From contig JAYTOU010000048.1 of the NCBI GenBank assembly GCA_043747615.1, forward strand, positions 1 through 48,304: a stretch of DNA of 48,304 bases. Reading direction: 5' to 3'. Numbering within the stretch: position 1 is the stretch's first letter; every line of letters starts with the position of its first letter. Of this stretch, positions 27,745 to 35,823 are shown in pieces. Origin of the DNA: Myxococcales bacterium. GTDB taxonomy: Bacteria > Myxococcota_A > Polyangia > Polyangiales > Polyangiaceae. Both the position numbers and the translations under genes were made by a program. Under the pieces are notes generated by a model. The model saw nothing but the letters and a program-made list of their open reading frames with translations. It ran no database searches and was not told the origin of the DNA.

Positions 27745-28521
27745 ATGAGCGAAGTCATCGTCGAGCGCGTTGGACGGACAATCGTCATCTGCATCAATCG
27801 TCCCGAGGCTCGGAACTCTCTCACTCGCCCCATCCTCCAGGAAATGCAGAGCGCGCTCGTCGCCGCCGCGAGCGATGCGAACGTGCGTTGCGTGGTGATC
27901 ACCGGGGCTGGCGGGCATTTCTGCGCAGGCGCGGATCTCCGAAAAAATCTCGAAGACCCGGACATGCTCGAGAAGCTCGATGAGTACCTCGACGACTTTC
28001 ACGGGCTCATCAAGGGTATCGTCCGCTGCCCCAAGCCGGTCATCGCCATGATCGACGGCGCAGCGGTGGGCTTCGGGGCCGACATCGCGCTCGCGTGCGA
28101 TCTGCGCGTGGCCAGCACTGCGGCGTACATCCAGGAAAAGTTCGTGAAGATCGGGCTGATGCCAGACGGGGGCGGCACGTTCTGGCTGCCCCGACTCATC
28201 GGCACGTCACGGGCGATGCAAGTGATCCTCCTCGCCGAGAAGCTCGAAGGGCAAGCGCTCAAGGATCTCGGTCTGTGTGTGAAGCTCACGTCGCCGGCCG
28301 AGCTCCGCGAGGTCACGATGACCCTTGCGCGCGAGATCGAGGCCGGTCCTCCGCTCGCCCACGCTGCGGTAAAGAGCGCGGTCTACGCGAGCTGGGGCTC
28401 GATCGACGAGGCGCTTGGTCGCGAACGCGAAGGGCAGCTCGCGCTCCTCCGGAGCTCGGATTGCATGGAGGGAATCATGGCCTGGGCACAGAAGCGCATG
28501 CCTAATTTTCAGGGGAAATAG
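27745..28521 (+). CDS. Enoyl-CoA hydratase/isomerase family protein
   Basis: INRPEARNSL, FCAGADL, PKPVIAMIDGAAVGFG, ALACDLR, GLMPDGG. Confidence 0.9.
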   Translation: MSEVIVERVGRTIVICINRPEARNSLTRPILQEMQSALVAAASDANVRCVVITGAGGHFCAGADLRKNLEDPDMLEKLDEYLDDFHGLIKGIVRCPKPVIAMIDGAAVGFGADIALACDLRVASTAAYIQEKFVKIGLMPDGGGTFWLPRLIGTSRAMQVILLAEKLEGQALKDLGLCVKLTSPAELREVTMTLAREIEAGPPLAHAAVKSAVYASWGSIDEALGREREGQLALLRSSDCMEGIMAWAQKRMPNFQGK

Positions 28522-29512
28522 TGCGTTCTCCGATGACATTGCTCTCGAGGTAGTTACGTAGCTCGGAGCCCGCGCCGTGACGGCCGATCCCGATCATCAG
28601 CTTGGCTATCGCGGTCTCGACCGTCATGTCCCCACCCGAGATTGCCCCCGCGGCTTCCGCTTGGGCGCCTCCTGCGTAGCGTTCGAGCTCCACGAATCCG
28701 CGCGGACACTGGCTGACCACGAGCACCGGAACGCCACGCTCTCGCGCCTCCTCGAGAGCGCCGATGAGCGAGCTCCCGAGCTGCGGAAGATTTCCCGTCC
28801 CGTACGCCTCGAGCACTAGACCGCGCACACCAACCCGGAGTGCGCCTTTCACAAGGGCTGGAGAAAGACCGGGGAAAATCCGCACGGCAAGCACATGCGG
28901 CTCGATGCGATCGTCGAAGGGAGCGAGAGGCGCGGCGACGCGAACGTGGGAGGCGACTTCCACCCCGACCCCGAGCTCCACGAGCGGAGGACAGTTCGGC
29001 GATGCGAACGCATCGAATGCCCACGCATCGGTCTTCATTGCCCGCGCACCCCTCAGCGCACGTGCCGCGAACGAGACGCATACCTCGGGGACAGACAATG
29101 TCGCCACGAGCGCCGCATCCACCAGGTTCTCCCGCGCGTCCGTCCGCACCTCGACGAGCGGACGCTGCGCGCCAGTGAGCACGACCGGGCGTGGCAAGGG
29201 CCCCAAGAGGAGAGCAAGCGCGCTTGCCGTGTACGCCATGGTGTCGGTGCCATGCACGATGACCACGCCGTCGTAGCCCGCACCCATCGCCGCGTGTACC
29301 TCTCGCGCGAGCGCAACCCAGTGTGTGGGCTCGATGTCGCCCGAATCGAGATTGAAGAGAATCTTTGTTTCGATCTCGGCAACCCGCTTTAAAATAGGCA
29401 CTTCGGCGAGAAGGTCGCGCGCGAAGAGATCTGGCGTGAGCACCGTTCTGCCACCCTCCGCCGAGCGCATCATCAGCGTGCCGCCGGTGTGCAGGAGAAG
29501 AACGCGCGCCAT
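28502..29512 (-). CDS. ansA: L-asparaginase, cytoplasmic type I-like
   Basis: HTGGTL, LDSGD, HGTDTMAYTAS, LTGAQRP, YGTGN, DMTVETAIAKL. Confidence 0.88.
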   Translation of the reverse strand: MARVLLLHTGGTLMMRSAEGGRTVLTPDLFARDLLAEVPILKRVAEIETKILFNLDSGDIEPTHWVALAREVHAAMGAGYDGVVIVHGTDTMAYTASALALLLGPLPRPVVLTGAQRPLVEVRTDARENLVDAALVATLSVPEVCVSFAARALRGARAMKTDAWAFDAFASPNCPPLVELGVGVEVASHVRVAAPLAPFDDRIEPHVLAVRIFPGLSPALVKGALRVGVRGLVLEAYGTGNLPQLGSSLIGALEEARERGVPVLVVSQCPRGFVELERYAGGAQAEAAGAISGGDMTVETAIAKLMIGIGRHGAGSELRNYLESNVIGERTISPEN

Positions 29513-29517
29513 CTTTT

Positions 29518-30117
29518 TCAGAACACTCGCGCGTCGACCTTGATGGTGTCGCCGGCCTGGAGCGGAATGTCGGCCTGAGCGCCGTCGGTGATGGCGTCGA
29601 CGGCGATGATCACGGTGATCGTTTTTTCTTTGGAGACTCGTCGCGTGAGTATCACGTGGTTGCTGTCTGCAATCGACGTGAAGCCCCCGACCTGGGAGAC
29701 GGCGTCGACGAGACGCAGACCGTCCGTCCACGGGATGCTGCCTGGTTTCTGCACCTGTCCGATCAAGACCACCTTCTTCGAGGCGTACTGCTTCACGACC
29801 AACGTGACCTGGGGGTCGAGGAGGATTTTGTTCTCGACGAGCTTCTTTCGCAGGAGGTCGACGACCTCTTGCGGTTCGAGCCCGGCAACGGTCAGCCGAT
29901 TCAAATACGGAAAATCGATGCTGCCATCGGGCTGCACCCGGAACTCTCGCGGCAGCTCTTTCTCTCCAACCACGCTGACCTCGAAGAGATCGCCGGGGCC
30001 GACGGTCGTGCTCTGAATCGGCTGCGGCAAGTTCTTCGGCGACCCCGGCCGCCCTTCCCTGCACCCACCGACCAGGCTCATCAAGAGCATGAATAGAGCG
30101 ATCAATCTGTTCATCAC
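29518..30117 (-). CDS. Short OPX (Wza-like) polysaccharide export protein: Poly_export plus one SLBB domain
   Basis: Probable lipobox LVGGC; VGPGDLFEVSV, VQPDGSIDFPYLNRLTVAGL, GQVQKPG, GGFT, LQAGDTIKV; only ~199 aa, with no C-terminal OM helix. Confidence 0.88.
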   Translation of the reverse strand: MMNRLIALFMLLMSLVGGCREGRPGSPKNLPQPIQSTTVGPGDLFEVSVVGEKELPREFRVQPDGSIDFPYLNRLTVAGLEPQEVVDLLRKKLVENKILLDPQVTLVVKQYASKKVVLIGQVQKPGSIPWTDGLRLVDAVSQVGGFTSIADSNHVILTRRVSKEKTITVIIAVDAITDGAQADIPLQAGDTIKVDARVF

Positions 30118-30181
30118 GTACTCAGTTGCTTCTTACGCGAGCGTCTTTCACGTGCGAGACGCGTCAGCGCTCTCCGGGTCT

Positions 30182-31639
30182 CTAGAGGAACCAGCGTGCG
30201 CCGATGAACGCTTCGAAGCGACGCCAGTTCATGTCGTAGACCTGCGCCGGCATGTTCGCTGCGGTCGGAAGCGGAAGCTGCGTACCGCTGAAGTTCGCCG
30301 TGTAGCGCAGCGTGGTGTTCAGGCCGAAGGTGTTCGTGAAGCGATACTCACCGAAGAGCGTTGCGTCGACGCGGGCGTCGGTGAACGACGCGTGTGCGAG
30401 TCCGCCGGGCAGGCCTGCTGCTTGCGCAAAGAAAATATCGGGATACTGAATTGCGCCCGCTCCGCCTTCGAGGGCGAGGATCGCGCGCCCGGCAAAGAAG
30501 TACGAGACCTTCGCGTAGCCACGATCGAGGCCGTAAAAGTCACCCAGGTAGCTCGGCGAGAAATCGCGCGTGTAGCCGAGGGTCAACGTCGAGATCGAGA
30601 GCGAGACAGCAGACCCCTGCTCGGCCGCAGGGTTCGCGGTCAAAAAGAACTTTGCTTCGAGCTGCCCGATGACGCTGTTGTATTGCTTCGCCGTCGCGTC
30701 GGCACCCGGCCGGGTGAAGGTCGTACCGTAGCCCGCTATTCCGAGCAGCGAGAAGCGCGGCGTGATCAGACCTTCCAGGCCGAGGCGCGCTCGGAGCGGG
30801 TCGGAGCTGTGAAGAAGCTGGGTCGTGCGGTCCGCCTGGGTGTAATTGCGGAAGCGGAGGGTCGCGTCGTAGAGCATCGCCGTCCGTGGGCGGAACTTCC
30901 ATCGACCCTTCGTGAAAATCTCATGGGTGAGATTGTTGAACCCTACGCCCTGCGTGTCTTCGAACAGAGTCGCGTGGAGCTGGTACCCGAGACGCCAATC
31001 GAGCGTGCCGCCGCCGGGAATCGCGATGACCTCCGCGCCGACGCCGACGTCGTCACGATTGAACGAGTTGTTCGGATCTGCGTTGACTGTGTTCGGTTGA
31101 ATCGTTCGCGCAAAGTTCGCGAAAATCGCAGCGCCCCACGGCTGTTGCGGAAGAATGTCGAGGCGCGCGTCGGCCGTGAAGCTCATGTTCCGCTGATCGC
31201 GAATTTCCTGCTTGCCGATGAACTCCCGGTACGTGCCAGCGACGCCCGCGCGAAAGCCGAGAGTCGGAGGAGCCGCAGCAGCCGAGTCTCCCTCCTTGCG
31301 CTGCGCACGGAGGGTGGAGATCGTAAACGACGGGGTGATTCGGAGGAGGCCTGCCTCGAGCGGGGGATTCTGCGGCGCACCGTTCGCGATGTTCGGCCCT
31401 ACTTTATTCGAGCGGGCAAACCAGTTCGAGTCGTACCCCACTTCACCGGCGATGCCGGGGTGGAGCTCAAAGTCTCCCGTGCGATAGCCAATGCCTTCTT
31501 GGTATCGACGGTCCTTCAAGAACTCTTGGGCGCTTGCATCGCGCGTGACGAGTAGGGGGGCTACAAAAGCAACGATGCCCGCGATCAGCGCGGTGGTGTG
31601 CGTCGCCTTCCTGGTGAATCCTCGCTTCGTCGTCGTCAT
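30182..31639 (-). CDS. Outer-membrane beta-barrel protein (BBP2 / EpsX-Wzp-like)
   Basis: Signal peptide (..DASA/Q), FELHPGIAGEVGYDSN start typical of BBP2, alternating amphipathic strands, aromatic C-terminus IGARWFL; adjacent to the short OPX. Confidence 0.8.
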   Translation of the reverse strand: MTTTKRGFTRKATHTTALIAGIVAFVAPLLVTRDASAQEFLKDRRYQEGIGYRTGDFELHPGIAGEVGYDSNWFARSNKVGPNIANGAPQNPPLEAGLLRITPSFTISTLRAQRKEGDSAAAAPPTLGFRAGVAGTYREFIGKQEIRDQRNMSFTADARLDILPQQPWGAAIFANFARTIQPNTVNADPNNSFNRDDVGVGAEVIAIPGGGTLDWRLGYQLHATLFEDTQGVGFNNLTHEIFTKGRWKFRPRTAMLYDATLRFRNYTQADRTTQLLHSSDPLRARLGLEGLITPRFSLLGIAGYGTTFTRPGADATAKQYNSVIGQLEAKFFLTANPAAEQGSAVSLSISTLTLGYTRDFSPSYLGDFYGLDRGYAKVSYFFAGRAILALEGGAGAIQYPDIFFAQAAGLPGGLAHASFTDARVDATLFGEYRFTNTFGLNTTLRYTANFSGTQLPLPTAANMPAQVYDMNWRRFEAFIGARWFL

Positions 31640-31767
31640 CGCCGCGCGTTTCCCAAGCAATCCCCAAGTCAGTCAGCGGGGACAGTTGCCCCCGCTTATA
31701 AGTGATGCGCCAGTAGAGAGGGAAGCCCTCTTTACGCGTTTTTTACGCGCTGAAGCTCAAGAAGAGC

Positions 31768-32385
31768 TCAGCGCAAGCAGGACGTGCACTGCGGCACTTC
31801 ACTGATGAGTGTTGTGTCGGTAGTCGGGAACGCGGTCTCGTCGGTGTCCGGAAGAGTCGGATCCACGGTCGTCGAAATCTTCGTATCGCCGACGAATGCC
31901 GACTCTTCGCCGATGCACTGGTTGGCCTCTGCAGTCAGCTGCTCCGCTCGCTGACGCAGAACGGTGAGAATCGTGAACTCGTGGTTGCTGAGCTCAACAT
32001 CGTTGCGCGCTGCTGCGGTCTTTAGCGAGCCGTGACGATCCCTCGCCGAACGGATGGCGACGTCTGCCTGCGAAAGCTTGTCGTTGAGACAGAGCGTCTT
32101 GACGACGTCGCGCGCGGCCCGCGCCTGTTCGAGCTGACGCCGAATCCCGGCCGACGCACCTTCCATTCGGGCCATCCCGCGCTCGCCTTCGACCACCTGA
32201 TCCTGGGGCGTGAGTTGCGCGCGGCGTTGGAAGCCGACTTGAGCATCGGCCCCGGGCGTTCCAGAAGCGCCCGCTTGGGGGGCTGGCTGCGCGCCGGCTG
32301 GGCCTGCTGCGATCGCGACGAGCGCCATGACGAAGACAAATCGCCAAGAAAGAGTCGTGCGGTGCTTCGACGAGGACAAGCGCAT
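31768..32385 (-). CDS. Secreted coiled-coil protein with four Cys (hypothetical)
   Basis: Signal peptide ..AGPAGA/Q; RDVVKTLCLNDKL, EANQCIGE, C-terminal CTSC; GGAGG SD before ATG 32385. Confidence 0.78.
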   Translation of the reverse strand: MRLSSSKHRTTLSWRFVFVMALVAIAAGPAGAQPAPQAGASGTPGADAQVGFQRRAQLTPQDQVVEGERGMARMEGASAGIRRQLEQARAARDVVKTLCLNDKLSQADVAIRSARDRHGSLKTAAARNDVELSNHEFTILTVLRQRAEQLTAEANQCIGEESAFVGDTKISTTVDPTLPDTDETAFPTTDTTLISEVPQCTSCLR

Positions 32386-32428
32386 TCCGAAGCCCCCTCC
32401 CAGGAGGATTACAGCGATTAACAGGCTG

Positions 32429-32457
32429 ACTCTATCGACCGTGGCGCAGGGTGTCAA
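32429..32457 (-). promoter_or_regulatory. Sigma70 promoter TTGACA-N17-TAGAGT
   Basis: Consensus -35 TTGACA (32457-32452), 17-nt spacer, -10 TAGAGT (32434-32429), ~45 nt upstream of ATG 32385. Confidence 0.75.
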
Positions 32458-32555
32458 CGTCCCGTAAGCCGGGAAAATCGCTGGATCCGCTGCGTCTTTG
32501 CTCCGATGTCTGGTGTTCGGATCCGGTCTCGCATTCACGCGCCTCTGCCAAGCAC

Positions 32556-32590
32556 AAAAGAAAAAAACCCGCGTTTTTTGCGGGCTTTTT
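32556..32590 (-). terminator. Rho-independent terminator after the gltG-like gene
   Basis: Minus strand aaaaa-gcccgc-aaaaaac-gcgggt-ttttttcttttg. Confidence 0.8.
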
Positions 32591-32611
32591 CCCTTGTGGT
32601 GGCTTCGCGAG

Positions 32612-34033
32612 CTACTTTTGCTGCACGAATTTCACAGGGATATTGATGGTCGAGCCGCTACCACCCACCGTGTCGAACTGTGCGTTTTTCACGACCCGGG
32701 CGATGCAAGCCATGACTTCGGGAGAAAGCCCGGACCCGCCCGACGGGTCGGCCGAGGTGACCTCGCCGTTGGCAGCGACCTTGGTGGTGATCGTCACGGA
32801 TCCAGACATTCCGGGATCGCTTGCGAGGCCCTTGTTGTAGCAGCTGCGGAATTTCGGCCGGAGCCCCGCAACGACACGCTCGGCGTTGCTGACGGGGACC
32901 GATGACGTCGTCGCGCCGATTTGCGCATCGCCCGTCGGACCCTTCTGTGCGGTTTCTTTGCCGGCTCCCCCGCCCCCGCCGCCGCCGCTGTTTCCGATGC
33001 CCGCGAGACCGTTGCCTGCTTTGCCGGGCTGAACGAGCCCGCCGCCGCCAGAGCCGAGCCGGAGGTCGCCGCCCGTGTTGCTGACGCCGGCGCCCGAAGC
33101 AGCAACACCGCTCAAGTCTTGGGGAGGAATGTCGCTCCGGTTGAGCGCGCCCTGCACAGCGGAGCCGCCTCCGAATGCCGCGATCATTTGCATTTGCATG
33201 GCCTCGGCCTGAGCCGCGAGGGCTGCGGCTTTGGCGTCACTCACGGCTCCTTTGGGGCCCGTGGCTGCGGGCTTTACTGCGCCCGTATCTTTGGGGGCTG
33301 CTGTAGTCGGCTTGTCTGTCGTCGGCGCATCGGTCGGTTTTTCGTCGACGACCACGGCGGGCACGTTCTTCTGAAGATCGATCAGGCCCTGAATTGAAAA
33401 GTCGTCGTTCACGACCGGGTCCATCCAGTCGGAGTACATGGCGCCGATCATTCCGAAGTGCAGCATGAAGCTGAATGCCGCGATGATCGTGAGATTCCAA
33501 TCTATCTGGCCCGCCAATCCGCCTTTGACGGAGAGCGGCAGCTGCGGCCGCGGTTGGGGGGGCGGCGGCGCGACGAACTGAAAGAGAAACGTGGTCTCGC
33601 CGACGACGATCTTTCCGCGCGCTTCCTCGGAGAGCTTCACTTGATAGGCGTTGCCGACACGCCGGGCTTGCCCACGGAGGGCCGCGATGTCGCTGATCCC
33701 TGTGGCGAGCGCGACTCGGCCGCTCATTCCGTCCACGAAATTCAGGTAGTAGTCGCTGCCGACGAGCTCGAAGAGCTTGAACTGGGCGGGAACGTTCTGA
33801 CTCTGGATGACGAACATCGACCGTTCGCTCTGTCCGATCGTTACGCTCGTGCGCTGCTTGATGATGCGCTCTTCGACCACGCGTCCGGCTTGAACGAGCC
33901 CGATGCGCAGAACCTTCGGACCGCTCTGCTGGGTGACCGCGCGCATCACGGCGGTCATTTGACCGGGGCGCGCGGCTCCGCCTTGCTGAGGCTGCTGACC
34001 CGGGTGGCCGCCGGGCGGATTCATCTGCGACAT
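32612..34033 (-). CDS. GltG/PglI-like inner-membrane TonB/TolA-like protein (AgmX/PglI C-terminal domain)
   Basis: Cytoplasmic beta domain, TM with the TonB/TolA-type SxxxH motif (AAFSFMLHFG), Gly-rich linker, C-terminal RPKFRSCYNKGLASDPGMSG...MACIARVV...INIPVKF. Confidence 0.85.
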   Translation of the reverse strand: MSQMNPPGGHPGQQPQQGGAARPGQMTAVMRAVTQQSGPKVLRIGLVQAGRVVEERIIKQRTSVTIGQSERSMFVIQSQNVPAQFKLFELVGSDYYLNFVDGMSGRVALATGISDIAALRGQARRVGNAYQVKLSEEARGKIVVGETTFLFQFVAPPPPQPRPQLPLSVKGGLAGQIDWNLTIIAAFSFMLHFGMIGAMYSDWMDPVVNDDFSIQGLIDLQKNVPAVVVDEKPTDAPTTDKPTTAAPKDTGAVKPAATGPKGAVSDAKAAALAAQAEAMQMQMIAAFGGGSAVQGALNRSDIPPQDLSGVAASGAGVSNTGGDLRLGSGGGGLVQPGKAGNGLAGIGNSGGGGGGGAGKETAQKGPTGDAQIGATTSSVPVSNAERVVAGLRPKFRSCYNKGLASDPGMSGSVTITTKVAANGEVTSADPSGGSGLSPEVMACIARVVKNAQFDTVGGSGSTINIPVKFVQQK

Positions 34034-34132
34034 TCCGCGAAGCCTTTCGAAAGGTGCATCTGGTGGTAGCGGACAGAAGTGGCGTGTCCGTTGTTCCCAG
34101 AAAAACTGACGTTTGCACGGTACATGAGTTTC

Positions 34133-34153
34133 AAGCCTTGGAAAAGCCTTGGA
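34133..34153. repeat. Direct repeat AAGCCTTGGA x2 (11-bp period) in the gltF-gltG-like intergenic region
   Basis: aagccttgga-a-aagccttgga. Confidence 0.7.
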
Positions 34154-34231
34154 CTGAAGTCAAACGTGCGGCGGTGTCTGCATCCGGTCAGGTCACGCGC
34201 GCGAGCCGATCGGCTAGCTCGTTAGCGGCCG

Positions 34232-34471
34232 TCAGAAAGGGTCGTGAAGGACCGCTTGCTCGATGCGATCGAGGAACGGCTGACGAAGCTCGGCGAGAGT
34301 CAGCTTTGGTTGAATCTTGCTCACATCGACCGACGCGATGGGCTTCTGCACGCGGCCGACGATGGTGACCTCGCCGATCGTGATCACCTTGCCGCCCTTC
34401 TCTTGCGCAGATGCGCCCGAGGACAGAAAGAGCCCGCCAAGGAGCGCCGTGCAGACAAAGAGCTTTTTCAT
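34232..34471 (-). CDS. GltF/CglF-like small secreted protein
   Basis: Signal peptide MKKLFVC..ASA/Q; EVTIVGRVQKP and LRQPFLDRIEQAVLHDPF resemble GltF-family motifs; lies between gltE- and gltG-like genes; start could be 34486 or 34501. Confidence 0.78.
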   Translation of the reverse strand: MKKLFVCTALLGGLFLSSGASAQEKGGKVITIGEVTIVGRVQKPIASVDVSKIQPKLTLAELRQPFLDRIEQAVLHDPF

Positions 34472-34497
34472 CGCGTCCCTCATCATCCTAGAATCTA

Positions 34498-35823
34498 TCA
34501 CTTCTTGGGAGCGCCTGCATCGCTCTTGCCCGGAGCGGGCGAAGGCGTGGCGGCTGCTGGAGGCGTAGATGCGGCGAGCTTCAACTCGTTCTGCTTGGTG
34601 CGTGCTTTGGTGAGAAGCTCGTCCGTGTCGTCCGCGGTACCTGGTGCCGCTTTAGCGCCACGCATCGACTTGAACGTCTCCAGCTCCTTGATCGCGGTCG
34701 CGACCTGCGAGTCGGCGTTCGTCCCAGGGATGCTCGGGGAGAACAAATAGAGAAGCCCGAGATCGTAGTGGACGACGGCTAGGCTCGAGTCCTGTGCGAG
34801 CGCCGTGTCGAACTCCCGCTTGGCGTCCTGCGGTCGCCCGCCGAGTCGATAGGCATCGCCCAAGTTCAAGTGGGCGAGCGGGCTGTTCGGAGCAAAACGA
34901 GTCGCACTCTCGAGGAGCGGCGTTGCCTCCGCAACGTTGCCGGCCTCGAGCTTCATCGCCCCTACCTGGATGACGGCCTCTACTAGATCGGGCCGCTTCG
35001 TGCGCGCGGCTTCGAAATCGGCCATCGCTGCGAGGCGCTGGTTCTGCTCGCGTTCGATGAGTCCCCGCAGGAGGTGCGCCTCTGCGTTATCCTTGTCGCG
35101 CGCGGGGCTCGAATCTCCGAACCCGTCGAGAATGGCCTGGAGCGCATACTTCGCGAGATCCATGCGGCGTGCGCGGTAGTGATCGCGGGCGATCGTGACC
35201 ATCGCGTCTTTGAAATCCGGATCGAGCCGCAGGGCATCTTGCGCGAGCTGCTGCGCTGTGGCGCTGTCCTTTGCGAGCGACTTCACTTCGGCGAGGAACG
35301 TGGTGATGCGCGCGGACGTCGGAAGCTTGGCATGCTTGTCGGTGAGAAACGTGTCGGCCTCGCCGGCGTGCCCTGCGCGCGCGAGTGAGAGCGCATACGC
35401 ACCCATTGCCATCTCGTTGTCTGGCTTCACGCTGAACGCTGCGCGAAACTCTTGCTGCGCGCCGGAGTGATCCCCGAGACGCTCGAGCACCGTTCCGAGT
35501 GAATAGTGCGGCGCAGCGGCTTTCGTGTCCTTCTGCGAGGCCTCGGTGAACGCGGCTTTCGCACCGGCCAGGTCGCCCGCGAGCCACGCGCTCCACCCGC
35601 GGTCGTAAGCGTCTTTCGCGGAGCCGCTCATCTCGGCGTGCTCCTGAGGACCCTCGGTGACGCCCGTCTGTGCGGCACCATTCGTCACCGGCGCTCCGCC
35701 AGCGTCGGACGTCGCGTACTTCGCGGGTGGCGGTGCATCCCCTCCGCACCCGGGAGCCAGCACACCGGCGAACGCGGCCATGCTGAGGGCGATGGCCGTT
35801 GTGAGCTTTACTTCGAATTTCAT
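34498..35823 (-). CDS. GltE/AglT-like TPR lipoprotein
   Basis: Lipobox LAPGC followed by many TPRs; position between gltD- and gltF-like genes. Confidence 0.78.
   Translation of the reverse strand: MKFEVKLTTAIALSMAAFAGVLAPGCGGDAPPPAKYATSDAGGAPVTNGAAQTGVTEGPQEHAEMSGSAKDAYDRGWSAWLAGDLAGAKAAFTEASQKDTKAAAPHYSLGTVLERLGDHSGAQQEFRAAFSVKPDNEMAMGAYALSLARAGHAGEADTFLTDKHAKLPTSARITTFLAEVKSLAKDSATAQQLAQDALRLDPDFKDAMVTIARDHYRARRMDLAKYALQAILDGFGDSSPARDKDNAEAHLLRGLIEREQNQRLAAMADFEAARTKRPDLVEAVIQVGAMKLEAGNVAEATPLLESATRFAPNSPLAHLNLGDAYRLGGRPQDAKREFDTALAQDSSLAVVHYDLGLLYLFSPSIPGTNADSQVATAIKELETFKSMRGAKAAPGTADDTDELLTKARTKQNELKLAASTPPAAATPSPAPGKSDAGAPKK

Noticed and set aside
29513..30064. Apparent N-terminal extension of the asparaginase (520-aa ORF)
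   Set aside because: It overlaps the OPX gene in another frame; asparaginase homology starts at ATG 29512.
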